Of a stretch of 64,000 nucleotides of DNA, positions 1 through 11,100 are shown piece after piece. The stretch comes from Lama guanicoe. Its lineage: Eukaryota. Under the pieces are notes generated by a model. That model was not told the DNA's origin, ran no database searches, and saw only the letters and a program-made list of their open reading frames with translations. The stretch's first letter is position 1; the number at the start of each line of letters is the position of its first letter. The translations under genes and the position numbers were made by a program. Location: NCBI GenBank assembly GCA_013239625.1, contig MU057202.1, positions 3,547,101 to 3,611,100 of the forward strand, written 5' to 3'.

Positions 1-17
1 TTGGCAAACATCTCTTC

Positions 18-23
18 TTTATT
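18..23 (-). terminator. Candidate polyadenylation signal AATAAA
   Basis: Plus-strand TTTATT at 18-23, about 1.8 kb downstream of the stop. The cleavage site would fall at or beyond the window edge. Confidence 0.4.
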
Positions 24-401
24 ACCCCCTCATGAACACGGTCATTTGGACCTCTGCAGGGACTATGTACATTCACATTCTCGTGTGCTACTGACTTCTT
101 GCCTCGCGGCGGGGCCCCGGGTTTCAGTAGCTGGTCACCACTGCACTCCAGTCCTGGGGACTTCTCACAGCCACGCAGGGAAGCGCAGATCGGGGGCCGT
201 GTCTGCCACTTGCTCTCCCACTGAGTACAGGTCAGAATTTCCTTATTCCCTCCTTGAGATCGCTGTGGGGAGGTGAGTGGGGCCGGGGCACAAGGCCAGA
301 CTGGGGGGACTTCAGAGAGACACCCCCTGAGGAGCAGCTGGACAGAAACACGGGATTTTACGCAGGTGACCAAGTCTCCAGGAGGTGCAGGGAGGGCAGA
401 C

Positions 402-428
402 TGCGCGCGCGCGTGCGCGCGCACGTAC

Positions 429-454
<26 letters not shown>
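402..454. repeat. Compound (GC)n/(GT)n microsatellite; perfect alternating purine-pyrimidine tract
   Basis: tgcgcgcgcgcgtgcgcgcgcacgtacgt(gt)n, 53 bp without a break in alternation. Confidence 0.9.
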
Positions 455-459
<5 letters not shown>

Positions 460-1830
460 TTTTCTGCAAAAGTGTGAAGACAGGAGTGGCAGGACACGCT
501 GGGGTTGAGCTGGAAAGATGAGCTGGGGAGGCTTCGTGGCCCGGGGAGCAGAGGTAGAGGCGGGGGCGGAGAAGCAGCAGGTGCTGTCTCCTGTGCTTGG
601 GAAAGCAGTCAAGAATCAAACCAAAAGATTGTCACAGTTTTGTCTCCGAATCACGGTCTCTCTGGGAAGGACATGTTAGCACTTTTTTTCACGAGTGGAG
701 AAAATGAAATGCGATGGGAATTCACGGGGGCGTGAGGACAGCCCGAGGTATCCTCCCCGCACACCAGCAGACACACGGCGGGGCGCGCCCCGGGCGCATA
801 CGCAGATGCGCACATACGGGGCCCAGGGCCGCGCTGCCCACCCCGCCCGTCCCCGGCGGAGGCGCTGCGGTGGAGTTGAAAAGAAAGAAGTCGCTTCTTG
901 TTGGGCAAAACGCTCCAAACCCCAATGTCCCGACACCCCTGAAACAGAATCCAAGCAAGAGAGAAGACCCACGACCTCCTGAACAAGCCCAGGTGTGGAG
1001 CCAAACAGTGAAGAACATACTTTGGCAGTGACAAAACAGTTTTGGATTCTTACTTCTTGTGTCTGCTTTTTGGATCTCCTTGGGAGCAGAGGTGTGTCTG
1101 GCGTCCTTGGCTGGCTAGCTGGCAAGGTAGTTTACAGGTGTGGTCCTTTATCTGTTTTAAAAAAACTTTTTGGATTTCTACTTAAAGCCAAAGAGTTTGA
1201 CATTAAAGGAAAAAAGTCCGAAACCAAAAAAATATTTCTTGAGTCAGAAATTGAGCTCTTTCTCACCATCCTCAGCATGTTGGCCACACAGCCCTGGGGT
1301 GGTTTCGGTGACTCAGCGGCTCAGGTCTCCAGCTATGAAAGAACAGCTTTCTTTTTCCCTTTTTCATCAGGAAGGGGAAATCCCCACAGTTTTCTTTGTC
1401 CATTACTGAGTAGTTCTTTTGCCACAAAACCCCCAAAATTCTTCAATGAAAATATAAGCCACCAAACAATGAGATTTTTTCATTTAAAGTATGTGAGAGT
1501 TACAAAGACATAAACCCCAGAGAGAGAGAGAGAGGTGGGTGCGGACGGAGCCGGTCACCCTCTGGCCGGCGAGCGTCCCGTGGGCTAAAGCTTGCCGGGA
1601 GGCTCTGAGTCTGAGGATGGGAGGAGAGGTCGCTGCGTGACTGACAGGTAGCCGAGGAAGCTGCCTTCAATGCAGCTGTGTTGGTTCTGTGTTTTCTTTT
1701 GGAGAGAAGCAGCAGCAGTGACTCCCACGGCCGGGCTCCCAGGGCTGGGCCAAGTCCAGTGGGCCCGGGGCAGGGCTGGGCGGGTCGGCGGGTGCGCCAC
1801 CCTTGGCCCGGGCACCGGGGTCTGGGCGGG

Positions 1831-2127
1831 TCAGCGGGGTGCAGCGTCCAGTGGGCCGGGCGGGTTGGGGGAACCTGGGCGGGAGGGCCCCGTGGAGCCG
1901 GCCTCGCCGGGGCTGGCGGCGGTGGCGGGCAGGCAGGGGCCCAGGCTGGCGGCATCTGGCTGTCCCGGCGCCGGGTCGGCCGCCACGGCCGCAGGGCCCT
2001 GCAGGCTCTGGCCGCACACGTGGTGGTGCTTCTCCCAGTCCTTGTGCTGGCAGAAGGAGCCGCAGTAGCGGGCTGCATTGCAGCCACTGCACGTCTCGCT
2101 GGCCTTGCGCCCGCAGTTCCAGCAGCT
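1831..2127 (-). CDS. CBFA2T3: CBFA2T3 last coding exon (exon 12 equivalent): NHR4/MYND zinc finger and C-terminus
   Basis: Acceptor cag at 2130-2128. [38 protein letters not shown]...GPLDAAPR then TGA at 1833-1831. 297 nt; all MYND Cys/His ligands present. Confidence 0.97.
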   Translation of the reverse strand, partial: SCWNCGRKASETCSGCNAARYCGSFCQHKDWEKHHHVCGQSLQGPAAVAADPAPGQPDAASLGPCLPATAASPGEAGSTGPSRPGSPNPPGPLDAAPR

Positions 2128-5100
2128 CTGAATCGGGGGGAGGCATGGTCAGGGGCGGCCGAGCCTGGGCCCGCATTTCCCCAGAGTACCCCACCTGGCT
2201 GCAGGACAGGGAAGTCCACCCTGCAAACCAACCTGCACAGACCGAGCCAGGGCACCACCAAGTGAGAAGAGAAAACTCCAAAGCATCACACCTTGTGGGG
2301 ACCCGCAGCCTGCACAGCCTCTCGGCTGGGCTGCTGGGGGACAGGCTCCCACAGCTCAAGCCCACCCAGTGAGGCTCACAGTACGCCTACGGGGCCACGG
2401 AGCCCTCAGGAGGGAGGGAGCCATGGCCCCTTCCCCTCTTCCAGGAATCCCTCCTGGCTTCGCTGGGACTCCGATATCAGAACATGGCAGCCCCAGCAGA
2501 ATAAAGACATGGGGTGCATGGGCTGAGCAGCTGTGGTCATGACCTCCCCAAACCACTGGGCCTCTGCCCACCTTCCGTGGAACAAGTGAGGACCCCAGCC
2601 ACCCAAGCAGAAGGCGGGCAGGGATTCCAGGCACAGGCTGGAGGCAGCAGCCCAGGCAGGAGGACAGGGAGGCCCGAACCCACTGAGGCAGAAAGGCCCA
2701 AGTGCCCACTCGGCCTCCAGAGCCTCCTGCGGGGCCACACCACAGGCATGGCTGCCCCACCCGCCCTGGCCGGTCCCTGCTGCTCCCCAGGTCACTGCCG
2801 GCTAGCCCACTTCGTCCAGGACTGCTCGGATGGCACTGCTAGGGGGCTGCCCTGGCACCCCATCCTCCCACACACGTCCACTCCTGAAGCCCCACAGGTG
2901 CCCTCCCACCTTCCCCGCTCCCCCTTGCCCACTCGGATGTGAGGTCTGCTCTGCTCTGGCTGAGAGTGTCCATGAAAAGAGTCGTACAGAGATGCACGAG
3001 CTGACCGGGACGGGAGCCCATCTCTTCCACACCCTCCCTTGGGGCCAGCCCCGGCACAGACCAACCCAGGGCATTTTGAAGTGCCACCCCCACCCCCGTA
3101 CAGTCCTGGAGCCCCCTAGAAAAGGCCTCTTCCTCTTCAGGACTCCTCTGTCGTCTGAGCGCTTCTCAGACAAGGGGGGACTGGAGCCTGCCGGGGCCCC
3201 CCGCTGCCCTGCTGGGCCAGCCCAGCCCCCCGGGCACACAAGCACCAGCATGACTCCCCGCTGCTTGCCTCTGCTTTCACGGATGCCCTGCTATTTCCTA
3301 GAGTGTCATCTGGGGCGAGCCACAGACCCTCTGGAGCCCTCAGTTTCCACACCTGTCAATGGGGACGCCCACAAGACCCGCCTCACCAGGCCGTGTGGGG
3401 TCCAGAGGCCCAGGGCTGCCCTGGTTCGCGTGGCTGGGAGGTTGGGGCTCCAGCCTTGGACCAGGAGATGGGGACGGGATGCGGAGTAGGCGGGCGGCCC
3501 TACCTCACTGGAGTCCTCCTGCTGGTTGACGACAGTGAGGGCGTCCTCGGAGGCCTGCCGCCGGGCCTCGGCCAGGGCCCGCTCCATCTTGGCCCGCTCT
3601 GTGCTGATGAGCTCGTGGGCCTTGCGCTCGGCGTCCGACACCGCTTTCTGCAGCTCCGACATGGCCTGCCGCTTCACCGCGCTCACTGCCTCCTCTGCAA
3701 AGGACGCCTCAGGCTGGTCGGCATGTGGGCCGGCCCGGACGAGTGTCCCCTGCCCACCACCCAGGGGCGGGCGTCCCGCGTGCGTGTGCTGGCAGGGTCG
3801 TGGGGGAACCTCTCGTCAGGTAGAGGGGTGTCCCCTGGAGGGCAGAGACCCAGCCCCCCGCCAGATTCTGAGTCAGCAAGCCTCGAGAGGGCCCAGCTGA
3901 GCCCCCCTCCACCGATGCGGATGGCAAGAGGGTCTGGGGCCCTGGGCCGTCCCCTACCACGACTCACCAGCCTTCCTCCAGATTTCCTCGGGCATGTAGC
4001 CAGAGAGGGTCCGGGGCATGAACTCCTGGTGGACGTCTGAAACACAGAGGGCCAGCATCACGCTCAGGGTGGGGCCACACCCAGCCGGGCCATGAGGGCA
4101 GGGTGTGTATGTGATCTTGTGTGACCTGGGGGTCCCTGAGGTCCCCATGGTACCTGTGTCCGTGGCTGGGGTGGGAGTGGGTAGTGTCAGGAAAGGAAGA
4201 TGCCCTGGGACCAATGGACCTTGGATTCTGCTGGGAGCTGGGCCGTGCTCGGCCTGCTTCCACGGTCATTGTCCAGGGGACCTCCCAGCTCTGAGCCCCT
4301 GGCCCAATGGAACCATGAGCTGGGCTTCCCAAAGGGTCAGGCAGCGCCTTTGCGCAGCAAAAAGACCCCTTCCCCAAGTCAGATGGTTTTAGCCATATCA
4401 CTGCAGGGCCACGTGAGGGCCCTGACTGTGTGGGTGACGGCCTTAGTCCTCGGTGCCCGGTCACGTGCCCTGCCCGCGTGCACACCTAGCTGAGACCCCT
4501 CCACACCTGCAGAGCCGTGCAGGGGCCGGGCGGTGGGCGCGGGGCTCTTCTTGTCCTCGGCACCGCTACAGCGCCGGATCCAGTGGTTGAGCTCCTCGCG
4601 GTCAGCCTCCTGGCAGCGGCGCAGCACGGTGAGTGACCGCCGCGTCTTCTCGGCCATGTCCATGATGCAGTTCAGGAGCTGCGGGCGGGAGGGCAGGCAG
4701 CGTGAGCAGGAGGGCCGGGTGTGGCCGCTGGGATGAGGGGGACTGCTGGGGATATGTTCCCACACTCCTGGGCTGGGCCAGCGCGTCCACCAGGCCTGCC
4801 CACGGGGGCTCAGGGAGATGGCCGAACACCCGCTTCCACTGCCTGGAGACACCTGAGCAGCTGGGCAGGGCTGGGGAGGCCCACCAGCCTCCACCCAGAC
4901 TCCCCAGCACCCGGGGCCCCAGACTGGTGGCTCAAACCCAGGGCTTCCGGCCCTCAGGGTGTGGTCCACCCCGCCGAGCAGTCCCGGGGAACACGCCCTC
5001 TCATGAGCTCCCCTCCCCGAAAGGAAATGTGGCAGGGATGGCCGTGAAAATGGGGTGGAAGGGGTCCCACCCCTATGGCCAAGGGACCTTCCTCTGGAAG

Positions 5101-8100
5101 GTTAATGAGGGCTGAGAACGGAGGCTTCTGAGGTGCTGGCCAGAAGCCGCCGGCAGCCTGAGCCTGGGGGGAGCAGGGCAAAGCCGGGCGCACACGAGCC
5201 CCGCCCCCGCAGCCCCTGCAGGCCGAGCCGAGCGCCCGGGAGTCGTCGTGCGCCCTGCGACCGCCGCCGCGACACTCACGTTGTTGAGGTGCTTCCATTC
5301 CTCCGCCCACTCGCGCTCCGTAAGCCTGTGGTCAATCACTTCCTCAGGCCTGGACCCGTGCACCGCTGCAGGGGGAGTGGACGCTAAGGCCCCGCCCCTT
5401 GCTCATTAGCCACCCCCTCCTGCTTCCAGGACCTACCCTTTCGAAGCCCCTCCCTGTGCAGTCAGGCCCCGCCCCCTGTGCCAGGCCCCGCCCATGGGCT
5501 GTGCCCTCCTGGGGAACAGTGAGAGCGTGAAAGCGGGAACCCCGGGCACTGCCCTCGGGGGGCCGAACAGGCCTGGCCTCTTCCCGTGCTGGGAGGAAGA
5601 GACTTGGGTCCCCGTCCCTCGCTTTGGCCTCCCCTCCCCCACCCCCTGCTTCCCACGCAAATCCAGCCACTCCCACACTTTCTGACCCCTGCTGCCTGGG
5701 AAGTGGCCTCAGACCTCACTTAAGGGGCATCCTTGTGACTGCCCGGCTCGGCCCGTGCTTTACTGCTCTCTCGGAGCCAGCTGGACTCCCCTGCACCGTT
5801 CAAAGCCCAGGTCACAGGCCCCTTCCTCCTCGGCAGCCCTGGGCTCTCAGACTTCCTGAGCCCCACGTATCTCTGGTTGTTTAGTAATTATAGGTGCCTC
5901 GCTGCTTCTTCAGTACCCCCAACAGACGGCGTCAGTCTGCAGGGCATGGCCGGCGTGGCCTGTTCACCTCTGTGTCCCCTGGGCTGCACTCCAGCCTGGT
6001 AGGACGTGCTCTGGCTTATCTGCTGGGTCTCGAGTGAGCGGGTCTCTGTGTGGTCTCCTGGGAACGGTGGGGCTGGGAAAGGCCGGAAGCCCTGACTCGC
6101 ATTCCCTGTGGGACCTGGGCCCTTGTCCTGCCCGTGGGCTCAGTTTGCCTACCCTGCCTGCCTCCCGGGGGTGTGAGGAGAGGAGGTGCGCTGGAGGGGA
6201 GCCCCGGGTACAGAGCAGGGCTCTGCGCCAAGCGCTTCACCCTTTCATCCCTCTGTTGGCCTCTGGGGGGAAGGGTCTACTGTCACTTCCACCTTATGGA
6301 TGAGGAAACCCAGGCTGGTTAAGGGGACACGTTGACCAAGGTCAAGCAAGGCTGGCCCTATCCAGAGCTGAGCCCTCAGGCCCTGACTGGTACAGTTCCA
6401 GAGGCTGAAACAAGGGGTGTCCCTACCCCGCAATCAGAAACAAAAGAACTGTGAGCTGAGAAGTCCTCGCCAGCCAGCAGGGTAGCATCTGCCCCCTCAC
6501 AACGGCTCCTCCTCCGCTTATGCAAACACTGCAACCCCCCACCCCCACCGTGTCCCGGCACTGACTCCCTGGGCTGGGGTCCACCTAGGCCTGCTTGGCC
6601 CCCAGACCTGAAAGGCCTCTGCCCAGATTGCAGCAGAGGTGGGAGGCGCTGTCCACAGAGCTGGGGCCCGCGCCAGTGCCCCAACCAGAATAGTGGCTGA
6701 GATCTCTCTGACAGCTGGCGTTTATTTTTGCGTTAGCAGAAGCGGGTGGGAATTAGCACCTGCCTGACCCGGCTGCAGGGAGCCAGACGCTGTCACCTGC
6801 TGCCTGGGCCTGGGCCCTGGAAGCTTCCGCAGGGTGGGGGCAGAGAGACGGCCTTGGACAGGGCAAGGCCTCCACTGACCCTGCCTCTAGGTCCCCCATC
6901 GGTGCCCTAGGCTGCTCCCAGGCTGTCCCACACCAATATGCGGGGGAGGTGTAGGGGAGGGTCTGGACTTTCCACCTTTGATACAGCACAGGGGCAGGTC
7001 AGAAGATCAGACAGCCGTGGCTAGCCGACTTTGGGTATGTTATACCCCCTGGGCCTCAGTCTCCCCATCTGTGGTGTGGGTGTGCAGACACGTCACACAG
7101 GTGTGTCAGGCACTTCAAGCTGCTGCCTCCTAGCCCTAGTAAAGCATCTAATGTGGGGACGAGGTCCACTGGGACCTGTTACTCCACTACCAGTAACTGC
7201 TGGGCCGGGCCCTGTATTAACCCCTCACACCACTGGGGGAGGGCTGCTGTGAGGCCCCGCTCACAGGGAGGCACGGAGCCACCTGACCAGGGGTGCACCC
7301 AGGCACCTGGGGAGTCTCGATGCTGGAAGGTCACAGCCCTGCTGGAAGCCTGTGCCCTGGGGGCGATGCCGTGGCGCCCCAGCCTCCCTCATCTCTGTCC
7401 TCTCCCTGGGTGTTTGGGGCTCACTTCCTCGCCCGAGGGCACGGCTGGATGTGCACAGTCAGTGGCGCTCGGGGCTGAGGAGTCTCAGGGAGCCTTTGCT
7501 CTCCCTCAGGGTGCGTGGCCTTGGAGGCAGTGGCTGCAGCTCCTGGGACCTGGGGGCTGCCTTCATGCCAGGCCTCGCCCACCCACCTTGCCCGTAAACA
7601 GGTGCGTCCTGAGCAGCCCTAGGTCCCGTGCCTGTCTCTGCCCAGCCCCCAGGACATGAACCCCTGTGGGCACAGCACCCACCCCCAAGGGAGGGGCCCT
7701 CCTAGCCCTGAGGCTGGGGGATGTCAGGCTGCCCCCCAGGACAGAGGTCCCGGAAAGCTGGCTGTCCCTCAGGCTTTGGGGTGCAGCCCAGCTGGGTGGG
7801 GCTCCCCTCTGGCCTCTGAGGTTCAAATCCTTTCTCTGAACCCATTTCCTTTGTGTCTGTCCTTTCCAGACATATGGCACCGGGCAGCACCAGCTGTCCC
7901 CCTGGTGTTGTGGGGCACACAGCCGCTGGCGGGCACCCCCCACAGCGTGCTCTCACCCAGCTGCCGATGGCGCTCCCGCAGCTCCCGGGGGTCAAGGTGG
8001 CGGAAGGAGTCACGGAAGTGGTGGGCCATGGCCATGTCCTCCAGGCGGTAGTGCGGAGGTGGTGTGGGGTGCGGCAGCCCATGGCTGGGGCTGTAGCGCT

Positions 8101-11100
8101 GGGCAGGGCTCAGGGTGCAGGGCCGTTTGCTGAGGTGGTCGAGGTGCAGTGGGTCACGGTCTGACCCGTTCTCTTTGGTCCTAGTCCAACGAGCAGGCAG
8201 GGGGGCCAGTGGTCATGGGACCAGGATCCGTGGACAGAGGGGTGAGAGGGAGACGAGGGTGCAGGCAGAGAGACAGTGAGGGGAGACACAGCCAGATGAG
8301 CATCGGGAAAGATAAGAGCTGCCTGCTGGGGGCCCAGCCCCCTCCTCCCTCCTCCTCTGGGACTGGGGACCCCGCTGGGTGGGCTCCTGGGGCACAGCGG
8401 TCAGGCAAGGAGCCCGAGCCCCCCTTGAGGCAGTGGGGAGATGCCCCCCCAGTAGGGCAGGCGCCCGGCAGCAAGGGCAGCCCAGGCACTTGGGGACAAC
8501 GGGCTCCCGGGCACTCGGGGAACACGACCAGCACGAAGGGAAAAGCCAGGGAATTCCTGCCAGACAGACCCCGCCCTGTCCTCCCAGCAGGCATCTGAGT
8601 CCTTGGGAGGCCTCCCCACCGCCAGACAGGGCTGCCTCTCAGCAACTCGGCCGGGCAGCGGCCTTGCAGCCAACGCTGCTTGACAGGCCCGGTGGCTGCA
8701 GCCACGCAGCACAACCGGGTTTGGACCTGCATTCACTCAGCTTTAGACCTGGGGCGCCCACTCAGCTTTGGTACCACAGGCGGCTCTCTGGTCAGGCGGC
8801 AGGGGGGGGGGTGCCGGCCCCTCCCCTTCCCCAGGTACCTGTCAGGTGTCCTCCTCTTGCCGTTCTCATTGACTTCCAGCAGGAGCTCTGAGGAGTCGAT
8901 GGGGGAGGAGGCGCTGGCATCCAGCAGGAGCTGCTCGTGCTGGGCCAGGTACTGGGCGGGGGTCTGCTTGGCCAGGCGGGCGCAGTGCAGGAGTTCCCGC
9001 TGCAGCAGGGGCAGATTGGCCTGTGGGGAGCGAGGGTTGACTGCTCGTGGAGGTAAGGGCATGAGGTGCTCCGAGTGAGGCAGGGAGGCTGGTGGCTGGC
9101 CTTGCTGTGTGCCTTTGGGCAAGCTGCACAACCTCTCTGGGCCTCGAGTTCCTCCACTACAGCCTGGGAATGAGGTGGGACCAAGCCCCTCAGGGTGCAC
9201 GGCGATTTGGAACCCACAGCCTGGACTCCCACGTGTGCAGACCCCACGTGTGCAGGACGAAGCGCCCGGGGCTGGCCCCTGCCCTCCCCCTTCTGCTGGC
9301 TCCCAGCCTGGCCTTGAACAGAGTGCGCTTGTGTGTCTGCACTGCTCTGAGCCGCCACGTGTGTCACCTCCGTGGTCAGACATGAAGACCAGGCTCCGCA
9401 TTTGCGGTAAGGCCACACAGCACAGGACACAGAATGACACGTCAGGGTGGGCACAGGACTGGAACACAGAGCACTGCCTGTGACAACTGTGTGAAACCGC
9501 TGTGACCTCCGGCCTCCACCCTCACCCTGGCTCTGGGCCTCCAGTGCGCGGGGGCTGCAGGTGGGCTCCACGGTCTTCCCAGAGCCACCATGGGGGTGCG
9601 GGTTGGATGCAGGCCCAGCGGCAGGCCTCTTGGGAGAGCCAGAGTTCTAAGTATTTGTAAATAAATGCGATTCCCCAACTTTCTCATGGTGTCTCAGAGC
9701 TGCCCGGGCAGCCTGCGCCCGCCTCTGCCTCCCCAGCCCCCATGAGTGCATCCACACGGACCGACCAGGCAGCTGGGGCGTTTCTGTCAGGCAGCGCCGG
9801 CTGCCAGGCCCGTTTTTCTATTTGGATAGCTGAACAGGGGCCAGCCTGCCATCTGTCGAACACGTTAGGAGCATGAGCTGGGAAAGGAGGTCCCGGGAGG
9901 TCTGAAGACGCCATACACCCTCCTTCTCCCTCGCCAGCAGGGCGGGGGACCGCGTGGGCAACGGCTGGTCTGGGCGCTGTCAGGGCGGTGGAAACATCTG
10001 GATTCCTGGCCAGCTGAGGCCAGCTGGAAGCCGGCGCAGGGGGAGGGCTGGCCCGGTGGGGCAGCACCTCCCAGCTTCTGGAAAGCCCCAGCCCTTGGCC
10101 ATGCACAGTGTTGGGATCAGGAGCGAGTTCGGGGGGCCCGGGGCCCTCAGTGGGGGGAACAGGGACCCCAGGCCAGAGAGATGGGTAGACTGTGGGGGGC
10201 TCCCCTCCCTCTGGGGCTGCAGCCCCCATTCTGTCCCGGGGCTGGGGGTGTCCGGGTAGCATCGCCACTGAGATGCTGACAGACTGAGCAAGAGCCCCGT
10301 GGCCCCACTCCCCGTGGCCCCAACCTGAATGGAGGTTCTGACACCGCCTCCTTCACGGATGGGAACTCAGGCCAGAGGGCAATCGGTGGCACAAACAAGC
10401 GCAGGGACGTGTCACTGGAACTGACACCCCCCTTTAACGAGGGTTTATGACATTCGCACTAGCTTTGCCACGTGCCTCCTCCATCGTTACTCAGCCTGCA
10501 TGACTATGGGCCCTAGCTGTGCTGTGTGACCGTGGGCAAGTTGCTTAACTTTTCTGACTTCTGTCTCTTCTGCAATTGGAGCTGAGAGGCTCCAGCTCCT
10601 CCCACCATGGGCCAGAGGCTCCTGTGAGCCTCCCCGAGAAGGGAGGCTTCACACCCCAGGGACTGGGGGAGGGCTGAGAAGTGGAAGTTTCAGGTGCCCA
10701 AGGTCGGAGCTGGGTCTGAGCTGGAGGGCCAGCTGCAGTTCCTGCCACAAACCCTGGGAGCAGGACTGGCCACACCCCAGGAGCCCCAGGTCAGGCAGAC
10801 GAATGAACTCTGTCCTTGACAGTCCTGTCGGGTGGGGTCACAGGCATGCGACCCAGCCAGCAGACCCCTCACCCGGACAGCGGTCGGGGCGCTGGCAGCC
10901 CCGTGACAGCTGCGACAGAGGCACCTGGCCATACCGGGCATGTCCTGCCCGACGCCTCACGGGGTGTGCCTGGGGGGACAGGGGTGGGCCTGGGCGCAGG
11001 ATGCGGGATGCCCCCCCACTCCTGCTCTTCGGATAAGCCAGGGCAGCTCACACGGGCGGGACGTGTGCTGCAGACGTCTGATCAGACATAAGCAGTGCAT

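Larger units (their letters stand above)
1..1830 (-). other. CBFA2T3: CBFA2T3 3' UTR (end uncertain, may extend past the window edge)
   Basis: Lies directly downstream of the stop codon. Has AT-rich blocks unlike the surrounding introns and several miRNA seed matches on the minus strand. Confidence 0.75.

Noticed and set aside
6645-6666. REST/RE1 half-site GGCGCTGTCC
   Set aside because: The other half matches poorly, and half-sites are common in GC-rich DNA.
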